A stretch of 64,000 nucleotides of DNA from Gammaproteobacteria bacterium (GTDB taxonomy: Bacteria > Pseudomonadota > Gammaproteobacteria > Ga0077554 > Ga007554). The DNA is taken from NCBI GenBank assembly GCA_021731145.1, contig JAKFXX010000007.1, forward strand, positions 72,108 to 136,107. The letters are read 5' to 3'. Position 1 is the stretch's first letter. Each line of letters opens with the position of its first letter. The notes beneath the pieces were generated by a model. The model saw only the letters and a program-made list of their open reading frames with translations, searched no databases and was not told where the DNA came from. A program made the translations under genes and the position numbers. Positions 10,301 to 18,121 of the stretch are shown piece by piece.

Positions 10301-13300
10301 GCGCGCGGAAACGGTTTCGCTGTCAAAACCGAACAACGCGGTCTCTGACGTGGCCGTGCCCGTGGGCACCGGCAAGCTGAATATCGACGCGCAACGGGTG
10401 ATGCTGGGCAAGGGCAAAACCGCACAGAGCAGTGACAACACGGAAGCGGGTTTTGCTGACGTCAAAGGTTTTACCATCAAAGGCTTTGATGGTGGCGTGA
10501 AGCTCGCTGCCGCGCAGGAGATCGTCGCCCAGGGACGCGGCAAACTCGATGTCGATGGCGATCTTGCCCTGGAGTCCTCCCGCATTACGGCGGCGGGCGG
10601 CGCCCGGCAGGCAATAACGGCCACTGGCGCAGTGAATATCACCCAACCCACGGTCGTGGCGAATCTTGGACAAGCCACCGCCCTGGCCGGGCGCCTGGAT
10701 TTCGTGGGCAAAAGCATCAATCATCAAGGCCGGATCGACCTCCCCACGGGCGTGGTGACAATGACCGCCAAGGGCGCGGATGCAACAGACAGCGTTACCC
10801 TTGCGGCAGGTTCGCAAATCAATGCGCCTGGATTCGTCAAGCGTTTCGACGACGTCGCCGCGTATGCGGCCGGGGGCAGCGTCACGCTGGTCTCGGAGCA
10901 CGGTGATGTGAATGTCAATTCAGGCGCATTGGTGGATGTGTCAGGCACGGCGCAGAGCGATGCGGGCCGTTTGACGCTCCGTGCGGCGCAAGGGCGGGCG
11001 AATATTGAAGGGAGCCTGAAGGGAGCCGCAGGCAGCACCTCACGCAAGGGTACTTTCACGCTGGATGCGGGTAAGATTTCTGACTTTAGCGCGCTGAACA
11101 ATACCCTGAACGCCGCCGAATTTGGCGAGGCGCGCAACATCCGCGTGCGCGGTGGCGACATCGCCGTGGCTGAGGGTGACACCATCAAGGCGCACCAGGT
11201 CAGCCTCGTCGCGGATGATGGCAGGATAGACGTGAAAGGCACAGTGGATGCCTCTGGCGACACCGGCGGAAGAATCGGGCTGTATGCGCAAAAAGACGTA
11301 ATGCTGCATAAAGGCGGCAGGCTTGATGCCCGCGCCATGGCTGCGGACAAAAAGGGCGGCAGTGTCACGCTGGCAACCAGCGCGGGCGAGATCGACCTGG
11401 AGTCGGGTGCGAGCATCGATGTTTCCGGCGGGGGCAAAGACAAAGGCGGCACAGTGCTGCTACGCGCGCCGCGCATCGACACTGACAATGACCAGAAAGA
11501 TGATAATGTCGCTATTAACCGCAAAGCAGGCACGGAGATCGCCATTCCCAGCGCATCCAGTGTTGTTATCGAAGGGGTTAAGGTGTACGACGCCACTACC
11601 ATTGCCGCGACAGGGGCCAAGGTGGCCACCGCTGCGGCAGCAAGCAATAAGTTGTACAGCGACACCAAGGGCTTCGCGCAGAACGCTGATGCCATCAAGG
11701 CGGGCCTCGGCAAAGGCGGTGATGCTAGCGTCCATGTGCGTGCGGGTGTGGAAATCCGCAGCCCCGGCGATTTGACCCTTGCTGCGGACTGGGATCTTTT
11801 TAATTGGCGTTTCAATGGTGAGCCTGGCGTACTTACCCTGCGCGCGCAAGGTGACCTGAAGCTTGATAAATCGATCAGTGATGGTTTTGCTTTTGCTTTT
11901 ACCAAGACGGGGGTCGATAAAGAGAAATCGCTGCTGCAAGCGGGAGACTCCTGGTCTTATCGTCTGGTGGCAGGGGCGGATCAAGGCAGTGCGGACCCCC
12001 TGGCCTTGCAGCTTCCGGGAGACGATACGGTGGGTGATGTTTTGCTTGCCGGCAAAACCATTGTTCGCACAGGCAACGGGACGATAGATATTGCCGCCGC
12101 GCGCGATGTTACCTTGGTCAGCGCGGAGTCGGTGATCTACACGGCGGGTGTGCCTGGGGGTCCTTTGAGTGATTTCACCCCTCCCCGTATGGGAGCGGAT
12201 GCTGCGGCAGTTACCGCTGCGTATCCCACGGCGGGCGGCGATATTCGCATCACCGCGCAAGGCAACATCGAGGCCAAGCAGCCGTCTCCCCAGCTCATCA
12301 CGGATTGGCTGTTCCGCCAAGGCAGCCTCAATGCCGACGGCACATTGGCGTCAAACTCATCTGTAAACGCCAATCACAAACAACCGGCCTGGCGGCCGGT
12401 GTTTAGCCAGTTCAAGCAGGGGATAGGCGCGCTGGGTGGCGGTGATATTTCCATTACAGCCGACGGTGATATTGACAACCTTTCGGCGGTCATCCCCACC
12501 AATGGCCGGCTGGGGGGAGCCAATGGCTCGATCCCCGATCCATCCAAACTGGTAGTGCAGGGTGGCGGCAATCTGAGCGTGACGGCGGGCGGCGATATTC
12601 GCAGCGGTATTTTCTATGTCGGCAAGGGCGTGGGCGACATCAAGGCCGGTGGTGCGCTGGGTTCGGCGCGTTCCGCGGATGGCAAGCCCTTATATACCTT
12701 GCTGGCGCTGGGCGAGGGCAGCTATAACGTCGCCTCTGGCGGTGAGTTGGCAGTGCAGCATGTGTTTAACCCTACCGTCGTGGCGCAAGCGGGTGGAAAT
12801 TTGAGTGGCACATCGAAGGATAAAAAATCTCAATTCTTTACCTATGACGCCGATAGCAAGGTGGCAATGACCTCGCTTTCCGGCGATGTGCGCTTTATCA
12901 ATGATTCGGCAAGCACGAAGAGTGTCTTTGGCAAAAATTCCGAGGGTATGTTTAACATCTATCCAGGCACGTTGTCCGCGTCGGCCTTGCAGGGAGGCAT
13001 TAGCTTGCATGGGCCTTTGGCGTTGTTCCCTGCGCCGCAAGGTAACTTGACCTTGCTTGCGGAAAAGTCGATCGATCTGAGCAGTAACACAGCGACGATC
13101 AATATGTCGGATGTGGCGCCTTCACGTTTGCCAAGCCCGCTTCATCCGCAGTCTGCTGACACTCTTGGGTTATATAAAGATGGGAACATCACAGCGCTGG
13201 TTTCAGCGGCGGACCTGGAAGGGCTCGATTATCACGACCCCGCCATCCTGCATCGTAACGACGCAGAGCCGGTGCGAATCTATGCGCAAACCGGGAGTAT

Positions 13301-14711
13301 CACCGGTGGCAACGCTCAGCGTTTTGCCATTCTACCCAAGCGGGCGTTACTCAGCGCCGGTGTGGACATTAAAAATGTTTCGCTCGCCGGGCAAAACCTG
13401 CGTGATACGGACGTGACCCGCCTTCAGGCCGGGCGCGATGTCATATTCCAGATCCAGCGTAATGATTCAGATGGTAAAATTATTTTTAGCCCAGGCCTCG
13501 AAGATCTCCCCATGAGCGGCCCCGGACGGGTGGAGGTGATTGCCGGGCGCGATGTGGATCTGGGCAGTTCCAGCGGCATCGTCACCAAGGGCAACCTCTA
13601 CAACCCCTTTCTCCCGGAACAGGGCGCCTCAGTGCTGGTATACGCGGGGGCGTCCGCGCCGGCGGATTACGCCGCATTCACCGCGCGCTACATCGAGCCG
13701 CGCGGCGCGGCAACAGGCGGGCGTGACTATATCCCCGAGCTTGCCAGTTACATGCGTGGCCAGAGTGGCGATTTGGGTCTCACTGAGGATGCGGCACTCG
13801 CTCAATTCAAGGCCTTGCCGCAAGAATCGCAGGCCGCGTTCATCAACCGTGTGTTCTTCGCCGAACTCAGATCCTCCGGCCGCGCCGCAGCCGATGTAAA
13901 AGGCCCGGAATACCGTAACTACAGCCATGGCAGAGCGCTCATTGCCACCCTGTTCCCAGCCGTCGAGGGTTCCGCAGGCCAGCCTGAAGGGGACATCAGG
14001 CTATATTTCAGCCAGATCAAAACCGAACAAGGCGGAGATATTGATTTGCTCGCGCCCCATGGTTTGGTCAATGCGGGGCTTGCCACTGCCAAGGGTGTAA
14101 ACAAAACAGCCGCAAACCTCGGTATCGTCAGCGTGCGTGGCGGCAATATAAACGCTTTTGTGCGCGACGATTTTCTGGTCAACCAGTCACGGGTGTTTAC
14201 CATGGCGGGTGGCGATATTCTGATCTGGTCCGACAAGGGCGATATCGACGCCGGCAAAGGCTCAAAAACCGCCAGCGCCACACCGCCGCCACGGCTGAGA
14301 TTGAACAAGGATGGTAGACTCTTTTTTGATATCACCGACTCGGTGACGGGCAGCGGCATCGGCACATTGCTCAGCAAGGAAGGCGTCAGGCCGGGCGATG
14401 TCGATTTGATAGCGCCCGCAGGCGTGGTGAACGCGGGTGATGCGGGCATCCGTGCCAAGGGTGACATCTTCATCCCTGGTTTGGTAGTGGGTGGGGATAA
14501 TATCCGGGCGGGGGGTACCATCACCGGCGTACCCGTCAGCGATAGTGGCGCATTCGCCGGTGCCCTGAGCGGCGTCAGCAACCTTGGCGCCGACACCAGC
14601 AAAATTGCCGAAAAGGCCACCCAGGATCTCTCCGCGTCGGCCGCCAATCCAGTGAAAAACACCTTCCGGCCTTCATTCCTGACGGTGGAGGTGATCGGAT
14701 TCGGTGATTGA
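4347..14711 (+). CDS. Giant TpsA exoprotein, filamentous-hemagglutinin family (3454 aa)
   Basis: ESPR-like extended signal peptide MNANLFRLVFSARLGALVPAWEGA...VFPVHA. TPS/hemagglutination-activity domain NWQSFNIGAGNSVEFRQP...LNRI...GNLKANGQLYLINQNGIIFG. Long Gly/Ala/Val/Asp-rich beta-helix-like repeats. FHA-family C-terminal region ending FLTVEVIGFGD. Paired with TpsB. Confidence 0.95.
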   Translation: MNANLFRLVFSARLGALVPAWEGARARRAGKGGQRGRAGKHAALFAGAAGVLLCVFPVHAELPMPCGGGACGTNPINTLPFASSGRADFSSNGVSAIINQLDQRVVLNWQSFNIGAGNSVEFRQPDAGSAALNRIWQGSPSEILGNLKANGQLYLINQNGIIFGKDAQVNASSLVASALNISDDVFKNGGIYGESSGANPVFTWEDGSGVEYSASFIRVDNGAKIASASGGVVMMLAPKVENHGSISAPGGQAVLAAGAKVYLSLLSDNEVNGLPAGSSLRGFAGLLVEVDPHASGLGGEVTNIGQIVAERGNITLAGLAVNQMGRVTATTSLRQKGSIMLLAADTKAGGDKTKIPVGQRTGALVLGKDSVTEVLPETNDATTNFDGQGFSPSTVDLAGKSIEMRENAAIVAPGGKVSLVAREDQRLPVPSESKIYMAPGSRIDVSGTKDVDVPMERNFIEVELRGNELKDSPLQRDGALRGKKVWIDIRKGTPLADVSGYTAQVGRTVAERTAEGGEVSLVSAGDIVMRENAVIDVSAGGLRYRDGQGKTTQLVSQGRVYDIGDAPADVIYDGIASFTKESRKWGITSTWSAFGGDGSLSRFEQGYYEGKNAGSVTFLASGLALDGTLTGKAAAGVHQRGSGVLPLGGKFTLGDVSQAGASTPDFRIPDVLFSAQKNPLPDDFTFDELKAKGLPESFRNRVTLSTGVLQAGGFNRIGVYSNGRIEVPKGVSISLAPGSWLGKDEEGKDKIYTASLTLTGRKLDILGDIDVPAGKITLASKRTLGSELLQQAEDFRVNVGADAGITARGLWVNDSRWVTPVTGADPLLINGGSISVSAFSDVALSSGSVLDVSGGGWVKPNNRLQVGNAGTLSLASGSFVNINRPDRFESTLYLDGELYGYALSSGNTVGKGGTLSLSTSSVKIGGTPSPVPGVLSLATGVFQSGGFKDYTITGMEGVTVSRGAQVAPLAESRVLTPDFVTRRSGADIGGFSRRQVLLPEQRAPGTITFAAGSSLWGAISVEEGAQVRTDPGGTITLSAGSQISLFGALEAPAGKILLDIKGYAVNGTFEPNRFVWLGGNSRLLAQGFARTQTNNQGLLQGEVLAGGEINVSAPQDTYLVAEAGSVMDVSGVSATLDIPQQNNAGVSYRRDTIAGDAGVVNLAMSNMLLDGTLKGAAAGEHARGGSLILSSPVMVVKEDGASLPQGLTPGQNIAAKMLEPAASALQGKSFVTAKSVRDGGFDQITLTSLNTIEFDGDVSLALRRSITLDAPTIAAKENAKVDLAASYVSVGNSSIVKSASSGGGGTLDVDARLIDLEGNVALQGFGNVNLASTGDIRLKGVLQGSDFLARTLEGSLVTGGNLTLQADQIYPTTLSQFRLAVENNPTGSVTILGGGAPSPVLSAGGKLTVNAPNIVQQGVLKAPLGDITLAAEDTLTLGDGSITSVSAEGQIIPFGKTDLNGSDYLYPLAAVDLRLDAPPEKRIRLNGKAITVSENAVVDISGGGDLYAYEFIPGPGGSRDVLDAANAGDVFAILPGRASEFAPYDSHYYQGNKGIKPGDSVYLSGVEGLPAGFYAMMPARYALLPGAFLVKPVSGYQDMSPGQAVKLTDGATIVSGYHAAVGLDGSILRDARTSGFAVRPGASARTQSEYLDSTASGFFANSPGTQLSGDAGNLSIAATQSLTLNGVLKGDHAAGRNGSEVDITADRLAIVGAGADTSGLEGFMQLDAASLNKFSASSLLLGGTRKRTEKGMEIRMDARQVVVANTASSALRGPEVLLAAKDEVRVKAGSVVEGKGAASGKPQDIAIGFTIRDTDNDGVIGKADTNRGDVNHDGVIDGQDNVDGNGALLRVASGEAVAITRESVDRSQGDLVVEAGAVLRADKSMILDATRDNRSEGTLALGEGGALSVGAQRISLGEAGDVREGLVFSNAQLAALNNLGSLTLRSYSAVDIYGGGDFGSKALKNLSIEAAGFGGYQNAGQTATLRAETVSLSKPNNAVSDVAVPVGTGKLNIDAQRVMLGKGKTAQSSDNTEAGFADVKGFTIKGFDGGVKLAAAQEIVAQGRGKLDVDGDLALESSRITAAGGARQAITATGAVNITQPTVVANLGQATALAGRLDFVGKSINHQGRIDLPTGVVTMTAKGADATDSVTLAAGSQINAPGFVKRFDDVAAYAAGGSVTLVSEHGDVNVNSGALVDVSGTAQSDAGRLTLRAAQGRANIEGSLKGAAGSTSRKGTFTLDAGKISDFSALNNTLNAAEFGEARNIRVRGGDIAVAEGDTIKAHQVSLVADDGRIDVKGTVDASGDTGGRIGLYAQKDVMLHKGGRLDARAMAADKKGGSVTLATSAGEIDLESGASIDVSGGGKDKGGTVLLRAPRIDTDNDQKDDNVAINRKAGTEIAIPSASSVVIEGVKVYDATTIAATGAKVATAAAASNKLYSDTKGFAQNADAIKAGLGKGGDASVHVRAGVEIRSPGDLTLAADWDLFNWRFNGEPGVLTLRAQGDLKLDKSISDGFAFAFTKTGVDKEKSLLQAGDSWSYRLVAGADQGSADPLALQLPGDDTVGDVLLAGKTIVRTGNGTIDIAAARDVTLVSAESVIYTAGVPGGPLSDFTPPRMGADAAAVTAAYPTAGGDIRITAQGNIEAKQPSPQLITDWLFRQGSLNADGTLASNSSVNANHKQPAWRPVFSQFKQGIGALGGGDISITADGDIDNLSAVIPTNGRLGGANGSIPDPSKLVVQGGGNLSVTAGGDIRSGIFYVGKGVGDIKAGGALGSARSADGKPLYTLLALGEGSYNVASGGELAVQHVFNPTVVAQAGGNLSGTSKDKKSQFFTYDADSKVAMTSLSGDVRFINDSASTKSVFGKNSEGMFNIYPGTLSASALQGGISLHGPLALFPAPQGNLTLLAEKSIDLSSNTATINMSDVAPSRLPSPLHPQSADTLGLYKDGNITALVSAADLEGLDYHDPAILHRNDAEPVRIYAQTGSITGGNAQRFAILPKRALLSAGVDIKNVSLAGQNLRDTDVTRLQAGRDVIFQIQRNDSDGKIIFSPGLEDLPMSGPGRVEVIAGRDVDLGSSSGIVTKGNLYNPFLPEQGASVLVYAGASAPADYAAFTARYIEPRGAATGGRDYIPELASYMRGQSGDLGLTEDAALAQFKALPQESQAAFINRVFFAELRSSGRAAADVKGPEYRNYSHGRALIATLFPAVEGSAGQPEGDIRLYFSQIKTEQGGDIDLLAPHGLVNAGLATAKGVNKTAANLGIVSVRGGNINAFVRDDFLVNQSRVFTMAGGDILIWSDKGDIDAGKGSKTASATPPPRLRLNKDGRLFFDITDSVTGSGIGTLLSKEGVRPGDVDLIAPAGVVNAGDAGIRAKGDIFIPGLVVGGDNIRAGGTITGVPVSDSGAFAGALSGVSNLGADTSKIAEKATQDLSASAANPVKNTFRPSFLTVEVIGFGD

Positions 14712-14949
14712 TTATCTTTGAATGTATGCGCTGTGCCCATGAAGGGGGCAATGTGCGCACCGGAGCAAGCAGCCTGGGCGACGTGGAACGGAATCCAGGC
14801 TGCGCACTTCATTTGATCAAACTGTCTGCTATTAACAATTCTGCAACATTTGGCGGGTAAAGTACCCCCTTCCTAAGCAAGCTCATCCCGTTGATGGGGT
14901 GGACGACAGCATATTCCTTCGATCAACCGGATTCACGAATAAAAACGTC

Positions 14950-16743
14950 ATGAAATTGCAATCCAACAAAAAGATATCGCGCATTTTTTTATTACTGGCG
15001 GGTTTGATGACGCTTGTCCCAGGTGTTTCCCACGCCTGGTGGAGTGACGATTGGTCGTATCGCAAAAAGATAACCCTCAATACCACGGAAAGTGGAGCAA
15101 GTATCAAGGAGAGTTTGGCGTCCGTGCCGGTCTTGGTGCGTCTGCACAGCGGCAATTTCGATTTTTTGAGCAGCAAGGAAGACGGATCGGACCTGCGTTT
15201 TGTCAGTGGCGATGACAAAACACCGCTCAAATATCACATCGAAAAATTCGATGGGCTGAATGAGCTTGCCGTGATCTGGGTACAGGTGCCGGCGCTGTCG
15301 GCACAATCCAGCGCCGACGCAATGTGGCTGTATTACGGCAATGAAAAGGCGGCCGCAGGCGATGACGCCAAAGGCACTTACGACGTTAATCAGGTGGTTG
15401 CCTATCATTTTGGCGGCCAGGGCGCACCCAAGGATCAAACCGCCTATGCCAACAGTGCAGCACAGTCCACGGCGAGCGAAGCCGCTGCATCATTGATCGG
15501 CGCAGGCGCAATATTCAATGCTACAAGCACCATAACCATACCGGCATCACCTTCACTCAACTTTACCGCAGAGAAGGGCTTCACGTTTTCCGCATGGATC
15601 AAGACTGCTGCGACGCAGGCGAATGCCGTAATTTTTTCCCAGCAGGAGGGCGCGGCGTCGCTGGTTATCGGCATGGATCAAGCGGGGGTGTATGCCCGCA
15701 TGCCCGGTGCGGAAACAAAACGTGTCGCGTTGGCGCCAGGCGCATGGCACCACGTGGCGGTAAGCGCCGGTAAGCGCCTGGTTGTTTATGTCGATGGCGT
15801 TGAGGCAGCAGCGGCGGATGCCGCCCTGCCGCCGCTGGGTGGGAATATCACGCTGGGCACCTCATTTACCGGTGAGATGGATGAGGTGCAGATATCAAAC
15901 GTTGCCCGTTCCGCGGACTGGATTAAAGCAGCGGCGCAAGGGGAAGGCGTTGATGCGAAGTTGATCGCCTACGGCGCGGATGAACAAACAGAGGGCGGCG
16001 ACTCATCTTATTTTAAGACTATCCTGCAATCCGTTACGCTCGATGGCTGGGTGGTGATCGCGATTTTGATGGTGATGGCCGTCATAAGCTGGATCGTGAT
16101 GGTGAACAAGGCTGTCGTCATCGGCAGAATGACCAGGGATAATGAAAAATTTATCACGTCTTTCCAGAAAGTCGCGGCTGATCCAGGCGTGCTGGACAGG
16201 GATGATGATCAGGATGATAACGCCAATAAAGAGACGCCTTTTGCCGCAGCATTGTTCGGGCGGCACGATCATTACCAAAGCTCGCCGATTTACCGCATCT
16301 ATCATGTTGGTGTGCAGGAAATCAAACACCGCTTTGGCAACACCGATCCCAAACTTGTAGGCAAGGCGCTCTCGCCGCAAGCCATCGGTGCGATTCGTGC
16401 CAGCCTCGATGGGGCATTGGTCAGGGAAAATCAGAAGCTCTCCAGCCAGATGGTGTTGCTCACCATCGCCATCAGTGGTGGGCCGTTCCTTGGTTTGCTC
16501 GGCACCGTGGTGGGCGTGATGATCACCTTCGCCGCGATTGCCGCCAGTGGTGACGTCAACGTCAATGCCATTGCGCCCGGTATTGCCGCAGCGCTGGTGG
16601 CTACCGTGGCGGGTCTGGCCGTGGCGATTCCAGCACTGTTTGGCTACAACTACCTGATCAGTAAAATCAAGAATATCACTGCGGATATGCATGTATTCGT
16701 CGATGAGTTTGTTCACAAGCTGGCTGAGAACTACGGAACTTAG
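14950..16743 (+). CDS. DUF2341/LamG-domain fusion to a MotA/TolQ/ExbB proton channel
   Basis: Signal peptide MKLQSNKKISRIFLLLAGLMTLVPGVSHA. WWSDDWSYRKKITLNT...VIWVQVP...WLYYGN (DUF2341-like). FTFSAWIKT...GAWHHVAVS...VVYVDG (LamG/concanavalin-like). Then three TM helices with an ExbB-type C-terminal pair (GGPFLGLLGTVVGVM / ALVATVAGLAVAIPALFGYN). Confidence 0.85.
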   Translation: MKLQSNKKISRIFLLLAGLMTLVPGVSHAWWSDDWSYRKKITLNTTESGASIKESLASVPVLVRLHSGNFDFLSSKEDGSDLRFVSGDDKTPLKYHIEKFDGLNELAVIWVQVPALSAQSSADAMWLYYGNEKAAAGDDAKGTYDVNQVVAYHFGGQGAPKDQTAYANSAAQSTASEAAASLIGAGAIFNATSTITIPASPSLNFTAEKGFTFSAWIKTAATQANAVIFSQQEGAASLVIGMDQAGVYARMPGAETKRVALAPGAWHHVAVSAGKRLVVYVDGVEAAAADAALPPLGGNITLGTSFTGEMDEVQISNVARSADWIKAAAQGEGVDAKLIAYGADEQTEGGDSSYFKTILQSVTLDGWVVIAILMVMAVISWIVMVNKAVVIGRMTRDNEKFITSFQKVAADPGVLDRDDDQDDNANKETPFAAALFGRHDHYQSSPIYRIYHVGVQEIKHRFGNTDPKLVGKALSPQAIGAIRASLDGALVRENQKLSSQMVLLTIAISGGPFLGLLGTVVGVMITFAAIAASGDVNVNAIAPGIAAALVATVAGLAVAIPALFGYNYLISKIKNITADMHVFVDEFVHKLAENYGT

Positions 16744-16783
16744 TACATGAACACATAAATTGTGCAGCGTAATGCCGCACGAT

Positions 16784-16831
16784 TGTAGGTCGGCCTTCAG
16801 GCCGACATATCCGGCTAAAGCCAGACCTACA
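16784..16831. repeat. REP-type element (tgtaggtcggccttcaggccgaca family)
   Basis: tgtaggtc...gacctaca termini with an internal ggccttcaggcc hairpin, located between the exbB-like gene and exbD. Confidence 0.6.
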
Positions 16832-16892
16832 TGGGGTTCGGATCATGTTTCGTAATTTATAATTTCATGTGCTAGGACTGGAGGATAAAACG

Positions 16893-17297
16893 ATGCAAGT
16901 GCAGTCCGAAGATAAACCGTACGATGACATCAACGTCACGCCCATGCTCGATCTGGCGTATGTGTTGCTGGTAATTTTCATCATCATGACCACCGCTTCG
17001 GTACAGGGTATCAAGGTCAATCTGCCCAAGGCCAGCGCCACACCAAGCCTGGCTAAACCGACCACCAAGGCGATTACGATCACCGATGCCGGGCAAATAT
17101 TTCTCGACACCTATCCGGTGACGATGTCGGAGCTGGAAACACAGTTGCGCAGTTACAAGGCAGCCAACCCAAGTTTTCCCGTGGTCATCAAGGGCGACGC
17201 CAAGGTTCAGTATGAAAAGGTGATTGACGTGCTGGACTTGATGGGCAAGCTCGATATTACGCAATTGGGTTTGGTTACACAGAAAATTGTCAAATAA
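16893..17297 (+). CDS. exbD: ExbD/TolR-family biopolymer transport protein
   Basis: A ggagga RBS lies 8 nt upstream of ATG 16893. N-terminus DDINVTPMLDLAYVLLVIFIIM is the typical ExbD TM segment. Size 134 aa. Confidence 0.9.
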   Translation: MQVQSEDKPYDDINVTPMLDLAYVLLVIFIIMTTASVQGIKVNLPKASATPSLAKPTTKAITITDAGQIFLDTYPVTMSELETQLRSYKAANPSFPVVIKGDAKVQYEKVIDVLDLMGKLDITQLGLVTQKIVK

Positions 17298-17336
17298 GAG
17301 CGCTATGCCAGGCTCGATTTTGTTGGGATGTAACGT

Positions 17337-18032
17337 GTGAGTGCCGACAAGCAGTTTCTGTTCCGCTGGGCGCCCAGGCTGATAGTGGTGGCGTTCCTCC
17401 TGCTGTTTCTTGTGGCGGCGGTCTATTTTCTGAGAGATATCATCTTTGCTGATGATAGCCACAAAAAAAATGTGATCCATGAGATCTCGCTGATAAAGCC
17501 GCCGCCGCCTCCCAAGCCAGAGGAAAAACCACCGGAGCCGGAGGTGAAAAAAGAAGAGGTAAAAATCCCCGAGCCGGAAACGCCGCCTCCTCCTGCTGAT
17601 CAGCCTGATAATGCCAAGCAAGACGAACCACCGCCCGCAAACGACTTGGGGCTGGATGCTGATGGTCAGGCGGGTTCTGATTCCTTTGGCTTGGGTGCCA
17701 ACAAAGGGGGAAGAAGCATCATCGGAGGGGGGGGCGGTAACGGCGGTGGTGGAAATCGCTACGGCTGGTATGCGGGAATGATTGAAAAGGGAATTCAGGA
17801 TGTTTTGGACAAGAATAAAGAGCTTGCCAAAGATAACTATAAGGTTGTCATAAAAGTCTGGGTCAACAAGGACGGGAGCGTCGAGCGCTTTGATCTTGGC
17901 GGTTCTTCCGGGAATCCAGAGACGGATAAGGCGATAAGGACGGCACTGAAAGAAATGACACGGGTGAAAGAACCGCCTCCAGACGGAATGCCGCAACCTG
18001 TAAAGCTGCGCATCACTTCGCGTTTGTTGTAA
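17337..18032 (+). CDS. tonB: TonB-family energy transducer
   Basis: GTG start. N-terminal TM LIVVAFLLLFLVAAVYFL. Pro/Glu/Lys-rich spacer KPPPPPKPEEKPPEPEVKKEEVKIPEPETPPPP. C-terminal TonB-like domain VIKVWVNKDGSVERFDL...PVKLRITSR. Confidence 0.8.
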   Translation: MSADKQFLFRWAPRLIVVAFLLLFLVAAVYFLRDIIFADDSHKKNVIHEISLIKPPPPPKPEEKPPEPEVKKEEVKIPEPETPPPPADQPDNAKQDEPPPANDLGLDADGQAGSDSFGLGANKGGRSIIGGGGGNGGGGNRYGWYAGMIEKGIQDVLDKNKELAKDNYKVVIKVWVNKDGSVERFDLGGSSGNPETDKAIRTALKEMTRVKEPPPDGMPQPVKLRITSRLL

Positions 18033-18037
18033 GTCGG

Positions 18038-18058
18038 CAGGTAATGCCGGATTACCTG
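18038..18058 (+). terminator. Small hairpin after tonB (weak terminator candidate)
   Basis: caggtaat / attacctg forms a perfect 8-bp stem with a 5-nt loop. No clean T-run follows. Confidence 0.3.
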
Positions 18059-18121
18059 ATGATTTTCATCCCTCTGGGGTGAGGATTGAGATGAAAAATT
18101 CACAGTGAGAAGAACCTGGAA

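Noticed and set aside
10724-11905. 393-aa and other long minus-strand ORFs inside tpsA (e.g. 4320-5075, 13919-14812, 11460-12320)
   Set aside because: They are antisense shadows of the GC-rich repetitive tpsA frame. Their Ser/Pro/Ala/Arg-rich translations have no family signatures.
14712-14949. Fur box or sigma54 promoter upstream of the exbB-like gene
   Set aside because: Only weak AT-rich similarity (tgctattaacaattctgcaa) and no TGGCAC-N5-TTGC element. The only supportable feature is the 9-bp hairpin gcagcctgg/ccaggctgc (14769-14803), and it lacks a T-run.
4347-14950. Contact-dependent inhibition (CdiB/CdiA/CdiI) interpretation of the TPS pair
   Set aside because: No VENN/pretoxin-like demarcation and no distinct C-terminal toxin domain is visible; the protein ends in an FHA-family-type sequence (...FLTVEVIGFGD). 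There is also no small immunity-like ORF in the 238 bp before the next gene.
16872-17996. 374-aa minus-strand ORF spanning exbD and tonB
   Set aside because: It crosses an intergenic region and two well-supported plus-strand genes. Its composition (Arg/His/Phe-rich) is that of the reverse frame.
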